In this document: one piece after another, positions 37,882-48,148 of the stretch
Position numbering within the stretch: position 1 is the stretch's first letter
Layout: each line of letters begins with the position of its first letter
Source of the DNA: Promethearchaeota archaeon
GTDB taxonomy: Archaea; Asgardarchaeota; Lokiarchaeia; Sigyniarchaeales; SOKP01
NCBI GenBank assembly: GCA_016840165.1
Contig: JAEOSU010000080.1
Location: forward strand, 128,001 to 192,000
DNA length: 64,000 nt
Direction: 5' to 3'
Translations under genes and position numbers: made by a program
The notes under the pieces: generated by a model
What the model was told of the DNA's origin: nothing
Seen by the model: only the letters and a program-made list of their open reading frames with translations
Database searches by the model: none

Positions 37882-39522
37882 ATGATTTTTGAAGTAAATG
37901 ATGTAGATGCAATGGGACGTATAGGAATAATCAAAGTCAATAATAAAGAAATGATTACTCCAAATTTATTTCCTGTTGTACATCCTATAAATAATTCTGT
38001 TCCAATAAGCGATTTAAAAAAAATGGGGGCAGATTGTCTTTTTACTAATTCATATATACTTTATCAAAATGAAAATATAAAAGAAAAAGTGCTTAAGAAC
38101 GGAATTCATAAACATCTCAACTTCAATGGGATCATTGCGACAGATAGCGGTGCATTTCAGCAGTATATGTACAATAATCATGGTTTTGAAATAAAGCCTG
38201 AAATTATTGAAAAGTTCCAAGAGGATATTGAATCTGATTTTCCCGTTATCTTAGATATTCCAGTGCAACCAGATGATGATTATAAGACTGCAAAAATTAA
38301 AGTCGAATTAACAATTAAGAGAGCTAAAGATAATATTACAAGAAGAACAAGTCAAAAATCTCACTGGATTGCTCCTGTACATGGAGGAATTTATACTGAC
38401 TTACTAAGGAAAAGTGCGGTTGAGATAAGTAAATTAGATTTTGCGATATTTGCGTTAGGTGGTCTGGTCAAGTTATTTTTAGATTATAGATTTAAGTTAG
38501 CAATTGAAATGCTCTTAAATGTTAAAGAAAACATTATTCCAAATAAACCAATTCACATGTTTGGATTAGGTTTGCCGCAATTTTTCTCTCTTGCTGTTGC
38601 CTGTGGATGTGATCTTATGGATTCTGCTGCTTATATCTTATTTGCTAAAGAAGAGAGATACTTTACACTTTCAACTGGTACAAAATCTTTAAATGATTTA
38701 GAAGAATTTCCATGCAATTGTCCAATATGTTCAAAACATACACCACAGGAACTAAAAAATCTAAGTAAGGAATTAAGAATTAGAATGTTAGCAAAGCATA
38801 ATCTTTATGTTTCATTTTCAGAACTAAATACAATTCGTCAATCTATTAGGGAAGGAAATTTATGGGAATTAGTTGAGCTAAGAGTACGAAATCATCCTAA
38901 TTTAGTCAAAGCTTTGAAAGTAATAAGAGAGCATAAAACATTATTTGAGAGCCATGAAAAATTATATAAAAAACATGGAAGATTATATACTTCTAAAGAA
39001 AGTTTAGAGAGACCACTTATTTATAGATATCAAGAGAGAATTAAAAATAAATATAGGGTACCACAGGAGGCTAAATATCTTCTTATTTTACCTGAACTTG
39101 ATGTAAAGGGGAAAAATTCACCTTCAATATTGAACTGGTTAAATTGTTTAGATCAAAATGCAATGATTAATAGACGTGATGTTCACGTAGTTTTTAGTTC
39201 ATTTATTTATGGAATTATTCCAATTGAGTTGACGGATACGTTTCCAATGGGCCAATTTGAATCTATCGAATTTGAAAGTTCATTTTGTGAGAATTATATG
39301 GAAAAAGTCAAACAATTTTTCGAAAAACATGGTAATCGATATCATAAATGTGCGATTTTGATTCCAGAATACTATATAGATCAATTTCATAATCAACAGA
39401 AGTTTTTAGAAAATAATGGTTTAAATTCACTGAAATTACATCTTAAGTCTCAATATAAATCTAATTTCAAAGAGTTTAAAGATATTGATTCAATTATTAA
39501 ATTTTTTACTGGTGATGACTAA
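37882..39522 (+). CDS. tgtA: Archaeosine tRNA-guanine(15) transglycosylase
   Basis: TDSGAFQ, HMFG, GCDLMDSAAY, CxCxxC, HNL, EG.LWELVE.R.R.HP. Confidence 0.95.
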   Translation: MIFEVNDVDAMGRIGIIKVNNKEMITPNLFPVVHPINNSVPISDLKKMGADCLFTNSYILYQNENIKEKVLKNGIHKHLNFNGIIATDSGAFQQYMYNNHGFEIKPEIIEKFQEDIESDFPVILDIPVQPDDDYKTAKIKVELTIKRAKDNITRRTSQKSHWIAPVHGGIYTDLLRKSAVEISKLDFAIFALGGLVKLFLDYRFKLAIEMLLNVKENIIPNKPIHMFGLGLPQFFSLAVACGCDLMDSAAYILFAKEERYFTLSTGTKSLNDLEEFPCNCPICSKHTPQELKNLSKELRIRMLAKHNLYVSFSELNTIRQSIREGNLWELVELRVRNHPNLVKALKVIREHKTLFESHEKLYKKHGRLYTSKESLERPLIYRYQERIKNKYRVPQEAKYLLILPELDVKGKNSPSILNWLNCLDQNAMINRRDVHVVFSSFIYGIIPIELTDTFPMGQFESIEFESSFCENYMEKVKQFFEKHGNRYHKCAILIPEYYIDQFHNQQKFLENNGLNSLKLHLKSQYKSNFKEFKDIDSIIKFFTGDD

Positions 39523-39527
39523 ATTCT

Positions 39528-39950
39528 ATGATTTTAGAAGAAATATATGCTTATGGGCATGAAAATATTAGCTGCTCTCACTCTAGTACTATTGAACTAA
39601 CAAAGGATTCATATGTTACGAAAAGAGGGACATGCATTTTAGGGATTAAAGCTACAAAAGCCTGTAGTGATTTGAATGAAATTACAAAAGAAAAAATAAG
39701 ACATGGAAAAAAGTTATCTATATTAATCAAAATCGATGATAATTGTGAGGAATTTTATGGATTTGGGCATGCTAATTTAAAGTTGCTAAATAGAAAAGAA
39801 ATGGTTTTTCGAAAGAGTAATTTTATATGCGATAGAACAGTTTTAATACGATGCTCTAAAGCTTCTAATGATTTAAATAAAGAGCTCATAAACAAAATAA
39901 TGGACTCCAAAAAAAGATTCTTAATTATAATCTCAGATAATGACTCATAA
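39528..39950 (+). CDS. DUF371 protein
   Basis: GHENI...H..T.ELTKD....RG.CI.G, VFRKS. Confidence 0.88.
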   Translation: MILEEIYAYGHENISCSHSSTIELTKDSYVTKRGTCILGIKATKACSDLNEITKEKIRHGKKLSILIKIDDNCEEFYGFGHANLKLLNRKEMVFRKSNFICDRTVLIRCSKASNDLNKELINKIMDSKKRFLIIISDNDS

Positions 39951-41094
39951 AGCAGAAAATAATGAACAAGAAGGTTTATTTATAAGGCTAAATAAACATG
40001 ACGTTCAATCTTTCATAGATTTAGTACAAAGACAATTTAAATCTAAACCTACCATCGAATATAGATATAAATTTATTAAAGAAAGAGATTTTATACTAAT
40101 TCCTTTAAATCGAAGTTCTATGGATGAGATACAGAATTATATTGAAAGCAATAGGTCCTTGAAATATGAGATTGTTAGTAGAAAGGTTATTAAAAATCCA
40201 AAATTTAAATATAAGACTATAGAGGATCTTCTAAAAGAAGAAAGACCTGAATGGAATTATAAGTTAATTCCAAAATCTTATGATATTATTGGATCCATTG
40301 CAATAATCGAGTTTCCCAACTTAGATAACTTATCCCAGAAAGAAAAAAACCTCTTCAAAGAAGATGTAGCAAAAGCCGTAGTTAATGTAAATAAATCTGT
40401 TAAATCAGTCTACGAAAAAGTCAGCCAAGTAAAGGGTGAATATCGTTTAAGAAATCTTCAAATCTTATTTGGAAACGATGATCCTGAGACAGTTCATAAA
40501 GAAAATCATGCCATTTTTAAATTAAATGTAAAAAAGACTTATTTTACTCCCAGATTAGTAACTGAACGCAAAAGAATAGCTAATTCGAATATATGTAAAG
40601 GAGAATTAATTGTGGATATGTTTGCGGGAGTGGGACCATTTTCAATCCAAATCGCAAAGAAAAGAGACGTACAAATTTATTCTTTTGATATAAATGTCGA
40701 TGCCTATAAGTATCTAAAAGAAAATATCTTTTTAAACAATGTAGAAAAAAAAATTTTTCCATATAATATTAATATTAAAACATTATTAGAATCTGAAAGC
40801 CAACTAAATATTTTATTGAGGGGGAAAATAAATAGAATTATCATGAATTTACCTGAAAAATCTTTAGAATTTCTCGATGTAGCTTGCTTTTTAATGAAAA
40901 AGAATGGTGGAATAATTCACAATTACCAATTTTGCAGTAAACCCAAACCAATTGAGCTAGGAATTAAAAAATTTTCTCATACTTTATCTAAATATCAATA
41001 CCAAATCGAAAAGGTTATTCATGCAAATATAGTAAAATCTTATTCACCCCTTATGGATCTCATTTCTCTAGATGTAAAAATTATAGCAAAATAA
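39940..41094 (+). CDS. trm5: tRNA m1G37 methyltransferase, Trm5 family
   Basis: YDIIG.IAI, H.EN, DMFAGVGPF, MNLP. Confidence 0.9.
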   Translation: MTHKAENNEQEGLFIRLNKHDVQSFIDLVQRQFKSKPTIEYRYKFIKERDFILIPLNRSSMDEIQNYIESNRSLKYEIVSRKVIKNPKFKYKTIEDLLKEERPEWNYKLIPKSYDIIGSIAIIEFPNLDNLSQKEKNLFKEDVAKAVVNVNKSVKSVYEKVSQVKGEYRLRNLQILFGNDDPETVHKENHAIFKLNVKKTYFTPRLVTERKRIANSNICKGELIVDMFAGVGPFSIQIAKKRDVQIYSFDINVDAYKYLKENIFLNNVEKKIFPYNINIKTLLESESQLNILLRGKINRIIMNLPEKSLEFLDVACFLMKKNGGIIHNYQFCSKPKPIELGIKKFSHTLSKYQYQIEKVIHANIVKSYSPLMDLISLDVKIIAK

Positions 41095-41161
41095 TCGCTC
41101 TTAGATTCCCTCTTATAAAGAGATAAGGAGCTTATTAATAAAATATAATCTGATTTGGGAG

Positions 41162-41236
41162 TGGACTTGGCAGGATTCGAACCTGCGATCTTCGGATTAG
41201 AAGTCCGACGCCATATCCAGGCTTGGCTACAAGTCC
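41162..41236 (-). tRNA. tRNA-Arg(TCT), no intron
   Basis: GGACTTG/CAAGTCC; TCGGA-CTTCTAA-TCCGA; GCAGG-TTCGAAT-CCTGC. Confidence 0.95.
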
Positions 41237-41415
41237 ATATTACGCTTAGTTATTTTTAAAAATTCAATTTTAGCTTTAAATTTTATTATTCTCTAACGAG
41301 CTATCTTGAATTAAGTGATTATTAATAAATAATTAATAGATTTTTTTTAATAATTTGCTGCATGTTTACTTTTATAGGACATTATTTTAGATAGAGGTTT
41401 ATATTCGATATTAAT

Positions 41416-42153
41416 ATGAAAATGCTGAAGACAAAGGTTTATATTCATAGAAAAATACCTTATGCTTTTAATTGGAATGAATATAACCATTCCCAAAAGT
41501 TCTCTCAATTATTTGGGAATCACCAAGAAATTAAAAGAATGAGCGCCTATTTGGAGAAAATTCACCATGGAGATATTCCAAATTATCTTTTTAATGAAGT
41601 AAATTCTCCAAGAGTTTCTCAATTTAAAGTAAAAGGGATTAGACATGCTTTCCTTAGTAGTTTTAGCAAAAAATTAATTCGACAAGGAGCTATTTCTTAC
41701 TTAGATTCAAATTCTAAATTACCCTTATATGTCCAAAAAGTGTATAACACATACAGAAAGAATGGAATTACGAGGGTTCCTGGGCATGAACCAGTTCTCA
41801 AGAACATATTGATTAAAGATACGAATTCAATTGCTATTGAAGTACCAATTTGGAAAAAATTTGGGGAGTATTTTATCACAGGTCATATCGATTTAATTCA
41901 AATTGTAAATGATACTGTTAAAGTTGTAGATTATAAGCCTGAGGGAAATTTTATTGTTTCTTTACCTCAGGTGGCTTCATATGGATTAATAATTAAATCA
42001 ATACTTAATCTAAGTAAAATTACATGCGTCTCTTTCAATAAAAAAGAAGGTTGGGAATTCAATCCTGAGATATTGAACACGAAAGTCAGAGCTTTTTTGG
42101 AATTACATAGAATTAATGAAAGACCATGGGAAAAATTCATAGAAAATTTATGA
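41416..42153 (+). CDS. PD-(D/E)XK (RecB-like) nuclease
   Basis: H...IEVP...GHIDL...VVDYKP...QVASY. Confidence 0.82.
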   Translation: MKMLKTKVYIHRKIPYAFNWNEYNHSQKFSQLFGNHQEIKRMSAYLEKIHHGDIPNYLFNEVNSPRVSQFKVKGIRHAFLSSFSKKLIRQGAISYLDSNSKLPLYVQKVYNTYRKNGITRVPGHEPVLKNILIKDTNSIAIEVPIWKKFGEYFITGHIDLIQIVNDTVKVVDYKPEGNFIVSLPQVASYGLIIKSILNLSKITCVSFNKKEGWEFNPEILNTKVRAFLELHRINERPWEKFIENL

Positions 42154-42160
42154 AAAATAC

Positions 42161-42421
42161 CTATTTTACTCTTTTTTTTTGTTCTTTGGAGTCTTCTTCT
42201 TTCTCTGTAAAATATTTTCTTACTAAAAAATAGCTCGCAATAAGTGATATAAGCTCAACAACAAAACTAAGGAACGCAATGATCGTTCCATTCTGGTCTA
42301 AATAATTTAAGAGAATAGCAACTCCGAGTCCAGAAGAAACTAGTAGAAATAGTAAAAAACCTTTAGCAATTTGGGGTATAGAATCTTTAATATAATTCAA
42401 TTCTTTCTTTATCCAAGACAT
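42161..42421 (-). CDS. Small two-TM membrane protein
   Basis: Two hydrophobic segments and a charged tail. Confidence 0.6.
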   Translation of the reverse strand: MSWIKKELNYIKDSIPQIAKGFLLFLLVSSGLGVAILLNYLDQNGTIIAFLSFVVELISLIASYFLVRKYFTEKEEDSKEQKKRVK

Positions 42422-42508
42422 ACATAAATACCTACTCTAGCTATAGAAGAGAATAATCTATTTAATTAAAAATATGATGATTTTAATATTTTTGTTTAAA
42501 ATCTCTCC

Positions 42509-44911
42509 TTATTTATTTTTAAATTTATAATATAAGGCATTATCTAAAATTTTACCAATTTTTGTTGCTATTATTTTGGATATCAAATATCGTTCACCAT
42601 CAAGCATTTGAGCAATATCATTAGAAGTAGGTATGTGATCCAGTCTTTTTCCTAAAACCTCATTAAGGATTGATTGAATATCCAGATCAATTTTGCTAGA
42701 TTCTAATAAGAGTTCATCTGGTATAAATTGCTTGAGTTTTTCTATAGTAAAGCGATAATAATCAACGAATCCATTAAGATAGTCATTATTTTTTTCACTA
42801 TGTAGTTTAATGTTGTCTGCACAAGTTTTTGTATCTTTTTCTTGCCAGTAAAACCGATTAGGATTAATTCCTTTGCGAGTGATTCCCATTAAAGCGGAAG
42901 TGATTCTCCTTTCAATCCAATTTAAAGTACTTTCTTGTTGAATCTCAATTATTTCATTTCTTTTTAGTTCTTTCTTCTTTTGCTCTTCTTTAATTACTTG
43001 TTTTACAGAAGATCTTCTTGACTCTTCAAATATTTCTAATCTTTTTATAAGATCGAATGCAATACAGTATGAGATGGGAGATATCAAATCTGCTTTTAAA
43101 GTTAAAGGTTTTATACCATCATATATGAAACTAGGATTATTTCTTAATTCGTTTATACAATTTTTTAAAGATCCAGATATAAATCTTGACATAATAAATC
43201 CATTGACTAAAAATATTTGATTTTTGGCATTAAAGACCGTAACTAATTCCTTTTGTCTCTTCATAATACGTTTAATAATTAGCTCTTCTAACTTTACATT
43301 TACCCAATCTTCATTCTCTAGAGTGCCCTCCATTTTTTTAATGGCTTCATTGATAAGACTCTTATCATTTGTAATTTTGTGGTATAATTCAATAATTCTG
43401 CTAAGTTGCCTAAAGATTTTTGAGAAATTATAAAAATAGATATCTTTTACAATGTTATCAATGATTTCATCAAAATTTAAAATAAATATGATTTGAGAGT
43501 AGTTGTTTAAATTTAGTTCATGAAAAAAAATCTTATCAATAATTTGTTTTTTTCGTGCAAACTCTCTTATATCATTTATAGAGCACCCTATTTTCTCCTC
43601 TAGAATCATCCATAATTTTGCTAACTGTGGCTCATCCCTATATATTAACTTATTTAGTCCATATTCCAAGAAATTTTTATTATTTTCGATAAAATTTTTT
43701 ATCTCAGGAATTTGTATATTACACAGTACTTGCTTTGCTGAGTATAATAAGTCTTTATTCTTATCATTTAAGTATAAAAGATCCTGTTTTTTAATATTAT
43801 AACGAAGCATTTTTTTCTTTACATCTTCAACTAAAGTCTCATCAACATTAAAAGTTTGTAAGATGTCATGAATGCCCCTTTTGTTCATATTAAAAATGAT
43901 TTCATCAAAACTAGATTCACTTATGCATTCCAAATAATACAAAAAATCATTAGGATGCGTTTTTAATTGTTTGATTAACTCCTTTCTAATTAATAGCTTA
44001 ATTTCTTGCTCAAATAAATCAAATTCAATTTTTTCATGCATCTTATTTCGGATATACTCAATAATATCATGTTTGAGTTTATTAGCTTCTTGAAAAACGA
44101 TTAAACCCTCAACAGAAATTGGAAATTTGTTGAATTCATAATTATAGACCCTCTTTTTTATCATTCTTACTGGCATTGCTTCAATTTGAAGTTCCTTATA
44201 CGAGTTAAATTCAAATTCTTGTTGAACTTTTTGAATAAGTCGGTTCAATGTTGATATTTCTAAAAATAAGTCTTCCTTTTCTTCTATTTCTAACTTTTTT
44301 TCTAAACTAACGGATATTGCTTTAAATGCTGAACTTTCTTCCAATATCTCTTCTCTCAGATTATTATTATATCCCATTAGATCTCCAACAAAATCATAAA
44401 AGTAAAAGGGAGGATTGTTTGAAATAATATGAATCATTTTTTCTTCGATATTATTTTCAATTTCTCTTAACTTTTTTGATTGCTCATCCTCTTGAAGTTT
44501 AGCAATTCTTTCTTCTATTAATAAAGCTATAAATAAATTTTCTATGTTAATCAATTGAAATAACATATCAATTTCTTGTTGGAAAGAATCTTTTAATAGC
44601 ATTTCAATCTCTTCCATTAAAATCCTTTTTTCCTTCAATTCTAACTCTCTAGCAGCCTCATAAGAAAATTTATTCTTTTCATAAACATCAGAAACCTTGA
44701 TACCTATATTATGGTAAAGATGAACTGCTGCAGTTGCGATAAGTAGCTTATCTAAAGTATTAGTGTTATCTACAAGTTCAAAAACCTTCTGTTTGTCTTT
44801 TTCTCGGTTCAAATGAGAGATTATAGCATTCGTTGTTTTAAAGTATCTTTTAGCGCTTTCAATTGCCGTTTTCTTACGTTTAATTCCACTTATCATACTT
44901 CTTTTAACCAC
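42509..44911 (-). CDS. Large hypothetical helical protein (800 aa)
   Basis: Long ORF overlapping the upstream gene by 19 nt. Confidence 0.75.
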   Translation of the reverse strand: MVKRSMISGIKRKKTAIESAKRYFKTTNAIISHLNREKDKQKVFELVDNTNTLDKLLIATAAVHLYHNIGIKVSDVYEKNKFSYEAARELELKEKRILMEEIEMLLKDSFQQEIDMLFQLINIENLFIALLIEERIAKLQEDEQSKKLREIENNIEEKMIHIISNNPPFYFYDFVGDLMGYNNNLREEILEESSAFKAISVSLEKKLEIEEKEDLFLEISTLNRLIQKVQQEFEFNSYKELQIEAMPVRMIKKRVYNYEFNKFPISVEGLIVFQEANKLKHDIIEYIRNKMHEKIEFDLFEQEIKLLIRKELIKQLKTHPNDFLYYLECISESSFDEIIFNMNKRGIHDILQTFNVDETLVEDVKKKMLRYNIKKQDLLYLNDKNKDLLYSAKQVLCNIQIPEIKNFIENNKNFLEYGLNKLIYRDEPQLAKLWMILEEKIGCSINDIREFARKKQIIDKIFFHELNLNNYSQIIFILNFDEIIDNIVKDIYFYNFSKIFRQLSRIIELYHKITNDKSLINEAIKKMEGTLENEDWVNVKLEELIIKRIMKRQKELVTVFNAKNQIFLVNGFIMSRFISGSLKNCINELRNNPSFIYDGIKPLTLKADLISPISYCIAFDLIKRLEIFEESRRSSVKQVIKEEQKKKELKRNEIIEIQQESTLNWIERRITSALMGITRKGINPNRFYWQEKDTKTCADNIKLHSEKNNDYLNGFVDYYRFTIEKLKQFIPDELLLESSKIDLDIQSILNEVLGKRLDHIPTSNDIAQMLDGERYLISKIIATKIGKILDNALYYKFKNK

Positions 44912-47232
44912 TCTCTATAAACTTCTTTAAAATTATCTAATATTTCAATGTTCACTTTATTATGCCAATATTTGAAATTTAAAACATGAAATAGATCAGC
45001 AATGAATAAGTCATTCTCATCATTAGTAAGGTTATGTTGCAATATGAGTGTTTTAGGGCGAGGAATTAATGAAGAGAAAAACTTTAGACTTTTTTCATCA
45101 ATATAAGTGAGGAATGAAACCTCATCATCAATATGAAAAAAATCTAGTGGCGTTATTGAATCATTCTCTATTACAATTAAATTTAGTTGTTGTATAATTT
45201 TATCACGCATATATTTAGGAAATTCCGTTCTGATACTAATACAATATTTATATAATTCATAAAATTCTAAAAGTAGGGTCTTTTCTTCGGAATCTGGTAC
45301 TTTCCCGATATAATCATCTAAGAATAATATAAAGTTCTCAATTTTTTGTTCTTTCTTCTCTCTTGATTCAAAATAATTAATAAAATCGATATAGATATCT
45401 TTTAATGACCAAACTTTTTGTTCTTCTATTTTAAAAAACTTTTTTGCATAATCTCTAACCCAACTTAAAATATAGTCTTTCCATACTAAAGTTATACCCC
45501 CTATTCTCCTTTGCAAAAACCTATGAAACTTATTGGCAAAAGTAACTGGATCAGCTAATTCTTTTTCATTCTCTTCTTTTAAAAATCGATTTATAGTCGA
45601 ATATCTTAGAATATAATTTAATAAGTATTTCAATTCAAAAGAAAATTTTTCAAATTTATCCAAATGAGGTTTAATCTTACTGGAGTTTGACTCCATCTGA
45701 ATTTCAACAAATGAAACTAACTCTCCAATATTTAATTCAATTTTCTCAAAAAATAATTTTAAATTCTCACCAATTATATTCTTAAATACCCTTATTATAT
45801 TATCCTCATTATATTGTTGAGTTTTTGAAACTTGTTCTGATTTTATTTCTATTTTATTTAAAAAATATGATTCAAATTTGTCTAGAATTGTATTTCCAAG
45901 AACTTTTGCTGGTTTCTTTTCTGTGGCTAAACTTTCTCTCACCCTATAAATTAAATTTTGAGCTATCAAATATAACTTTCTATAAGAGAGAAATGCTGGT
46001 AATTCTTTTTTAATTAAGTTGAGGTTCGAGTTAAAAAGTTCAGAAAAATAATTAATAGCGGATTGCAACTCAATTGCTATTAATGTTTCCTTTTTTTGGA
46101 TTTTATTTGATATAGAAAATAATGCCAAATCAATATACTCTCCAAAGTTCTCTCCTTGTTTGGTATCAAAACCACTTGTAATTGAAGATTTATACTTTTG
46201 TAAAATCTCATTAAGGTTTCCTCGCTCGCCTGAACTTAAAAATGAATGAGATTCTTTTAGAAAAGAATTAAGTTCAATTTCTATCTCATTTAAGTAAATA
46301 TCAACTTTTTTAATCAAATCGTTTCCATTTTGTATATCATTTTTTTGGTTTAGTTTCTTTTCAAGTGATTTTATAATAAATTTCGCAATTCTTTCTTGAG
46401 ATTCATCAACTGTTCCTGTATTTGCCAGCATTAATAAATTAGAACCTAATTTTAAAGTGTTATCTATGATAAAGTTTATACTCGGTTCGGAAAGAGTAAA
46501 TTTTAAATGCTCATTTGCAATATGTTCCTCGTATGGTGTTTCTATTTTTTTAAATACCGGATTTTTAAATATTATCTCTTTTGGTTTTTTATTCCAAAAG
46601 ATATCTACCTCATTAATGAGAGATGCATAAGCTGTTAGCATTTCCTTTTCAGTTGGTAAAGATTTACTTATTCCAACAAGTTTTTTATTCCACTTATCCT
46701 CAATTAAATCTCCAAAAAGTTTCTTAATGAACCTGTTTATGAATTTGTTTAAAACCTGTGATTTTTGATCTAGATTTAATTCAGGGCGTTCGGTAAATTC
46801 TTCAATTTCATAAAATAACTCATTAATTTTATCAACAGAATTTTTTGATTTATGGATATCAATATGCCCCGTATCTGGCTTTAAAGTAATAAGTAGACTT
46901 TCACAATCTTTATACTTACCTGGTATCATTAACATTGATTTTGGATAAATTTTAGTTCTTGAACTCTGATCCCCTACATTAAACAATTCATATTCAATAC
47001 TAAATACCTCAGACCCTGTATAATCCCTCAATATAGCATTGTACATTCTAAGAAACTGAATTACTTTTTGGGTCAACTGATTTACTTTCGCACGGGTTAA
47101 TTTTCCAGGACCTATAATATCTCCAACAATTATTTCCTTTGGTGAGGAATAGCCAAATATCAATGAAAATTGATAATTAATCAGTTCTCTGGTTGTTATC
47201 ATAATTTCAAACAATCTCAAATAAAAGGTCAA
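44893..47232 (-). CDS. Large hypothetical protein (about 770 aa)
   Basis: Long ORF; true start may be the internal ATG (MITTRELINY). Confidence 0.75.
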   Translation of the reverse strand: MTFYLRLFEIMITTRELINYQFSLIFGYSSPKEIIVGDIIGPGKLTRAKVNQLTQKVIQFLRMYNAILRDYTGSEVFSIEYELFNVGDQSSRTKIYPKSMLMIPGKYKDCESLLITLKPDTGHIDIHKSKNSVDKINELFYEIEEFTERPELNLDQKSQVLNKFINRFIKKLFGDLIEDKWNKKLVGISKSLPTEKEMLTAYASLINEVDIFWNKKPKEIIFKNPVFKKIETPYEEHIANEHLKFTLSEPSINFIIDNTLKLGSNLLMLANTGTVDESQERIAKFIIKSLEKKLNQKNDIQNGNDLIKKVDIYLNEIEIELNSFLKESHSFLSSGERGNLNEILQKYKSSITSGFDTKQGENFGEYIDLALFSISNKIQKKETLIAIELQSAINYFSELFNSNLNLIKKELPAFLSYRKLYLIAQNLIYRVRESLATEKKPAKVLGNTILDKFESYFLNKIEIKSEQVSKTQQYNEDNIIRVFKNIIGENLKLFFEKIELNIGELVSFVEIQMESNSSKIKPHLDKFEKFSFELKYLLNYILRYSTINRFLKEENEKELADPVTFANKFHRFLQRRIGGITLVWKDYILSWVRDYAKKFFKIEEQKVWSLKDIYIDFINYFESREKKEQKIENFILFLDDYIGKVPDSEEKTLLLEFYELYKYCISIRTEFPKYMRDKIIQQLNLIVIENDSITPLDFFHIDDEVSFLTYIDEKSLKFFSSLIPRPKTLILQHNLTNDENDLFIADLFHVLNFKYWHNKVNIEILDNFKEVYREWLKEV

Positions 47233-47477
47233 AAATTTTTTTTTTAGACCTTTCTAAAATTAAATAACTTATAGTAGAAGTAGTATTAAAATTTATTTTG
47301 GATAAAAATTCTAAACTTTTTTCTCCTAATGGTGCTGTCATTATTTAATAACATTTTCTGGAATTATTTCTATGTATTGAATTAGAATTTCAAAATAAAT
47401 AAATAATAAGATTTTATTTAATTCTATATTAGAGAAATAATTTTAATTAATAACTAAGGAAGAAGGTTTTTTAAAAA

Positions 47478-47882
47478 TTGCAATTTGGTTCAGATCTCGG
47501 GATTCGTGATGATGATATTGAAAAAATTAGCCCTCAAGTTACATTTATTACTTCAAATGCAGATATTGAAGCAATAGCGTTAGTATCCCAAGAGGGATAC
47601 CAAATAGCATTTTCAGCGCTTCCTCAATATCAAGTTGATGGTGATCAATTTTGTGGTTTAGCAAGCGCATTATTAATGACGGGAAGCTCAACAATTCAAA
47701 CGTTATTTCAAGAAGATTTGAGCGAAATAATTGTAAGGGCAGAAAATGGATATATAGTCATTAGCAACGCGGGAAGATTAGTGATTGTCTGTGCTGGAAC
47801 AATTATTGACACCTTAATGAAAACAGTTAAAGTAATGAGGATAGCATCTAAGAATTTAAGTAAAATATTTGAAAATAGATAA
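47478..47882 (+). CDS. Roadblock/LC7 domain protein
   Basis: IEAIALVSQEG..I...GLASALL..G...LSEIIVRAENGYIVI. Confidence 0.88.
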   Translation: MQFGSDLGIRDDDIEKISPQVTFITSNADIEAIALVSQEGYQIAFSALPQYQVDGDQFCGLASALLMTGSSTIQTLFQEDLSEIIVRAENGYIVISNAGRLVIVCAGTIIDTLMKTVKVMRIASKNLSKIFENR

Positions 47883-47891
47883 GAGAAAATA

Positions 47892-47899
47892 TTTATAAG
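47892..47899 (+). promoter_or_regulatory. TATA box (with purine-rich BRE) upstream of the trpB2 leader
   Basis: AGAGAAAATA-TTTATAAG. Confidence 0.45.
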
Positions 47900-47944
47900 T
47901 ATGCTAATCTTTTTAGAATCTAAATAAACCCATGGTTCAATTTA

Positions 47945-47998
47945 ATGCTGATTTTTTTTATTAATGATAGGACTTGGCATTGTTTTTGGCATCCTTAG
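47945..47998 (+). CDS. Putative Trp-rich leader peptide MLIFFINDRTWHCFWHP
   Basis: ATG to TAG, two TGG codons (a third is in frame upstream), directly 5' of trpB2. Confidence 0.45.
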   Translation: MLIFFINDRTWHCFWHP

Positions 47999-48148
47999 TA
48001 ATGCCTAATCATTGGTTTAAAATCTTATTTATCTTGTTTTTAAGTTTTGAAACACTTGCTTAATCCAAAATATTGCATTTAGCAATATTGCCTATATTTT
48101 TTTGAATTCCAATTAAATTATGAAACAATTTATATTATTATACAAAAA

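Noticed and set aside
41416-42153. Possible Cas4/CRISPR locus
   Set aside because: No Fe-S cysteines, no other cas genes and no repeat-spacer array seen in the window
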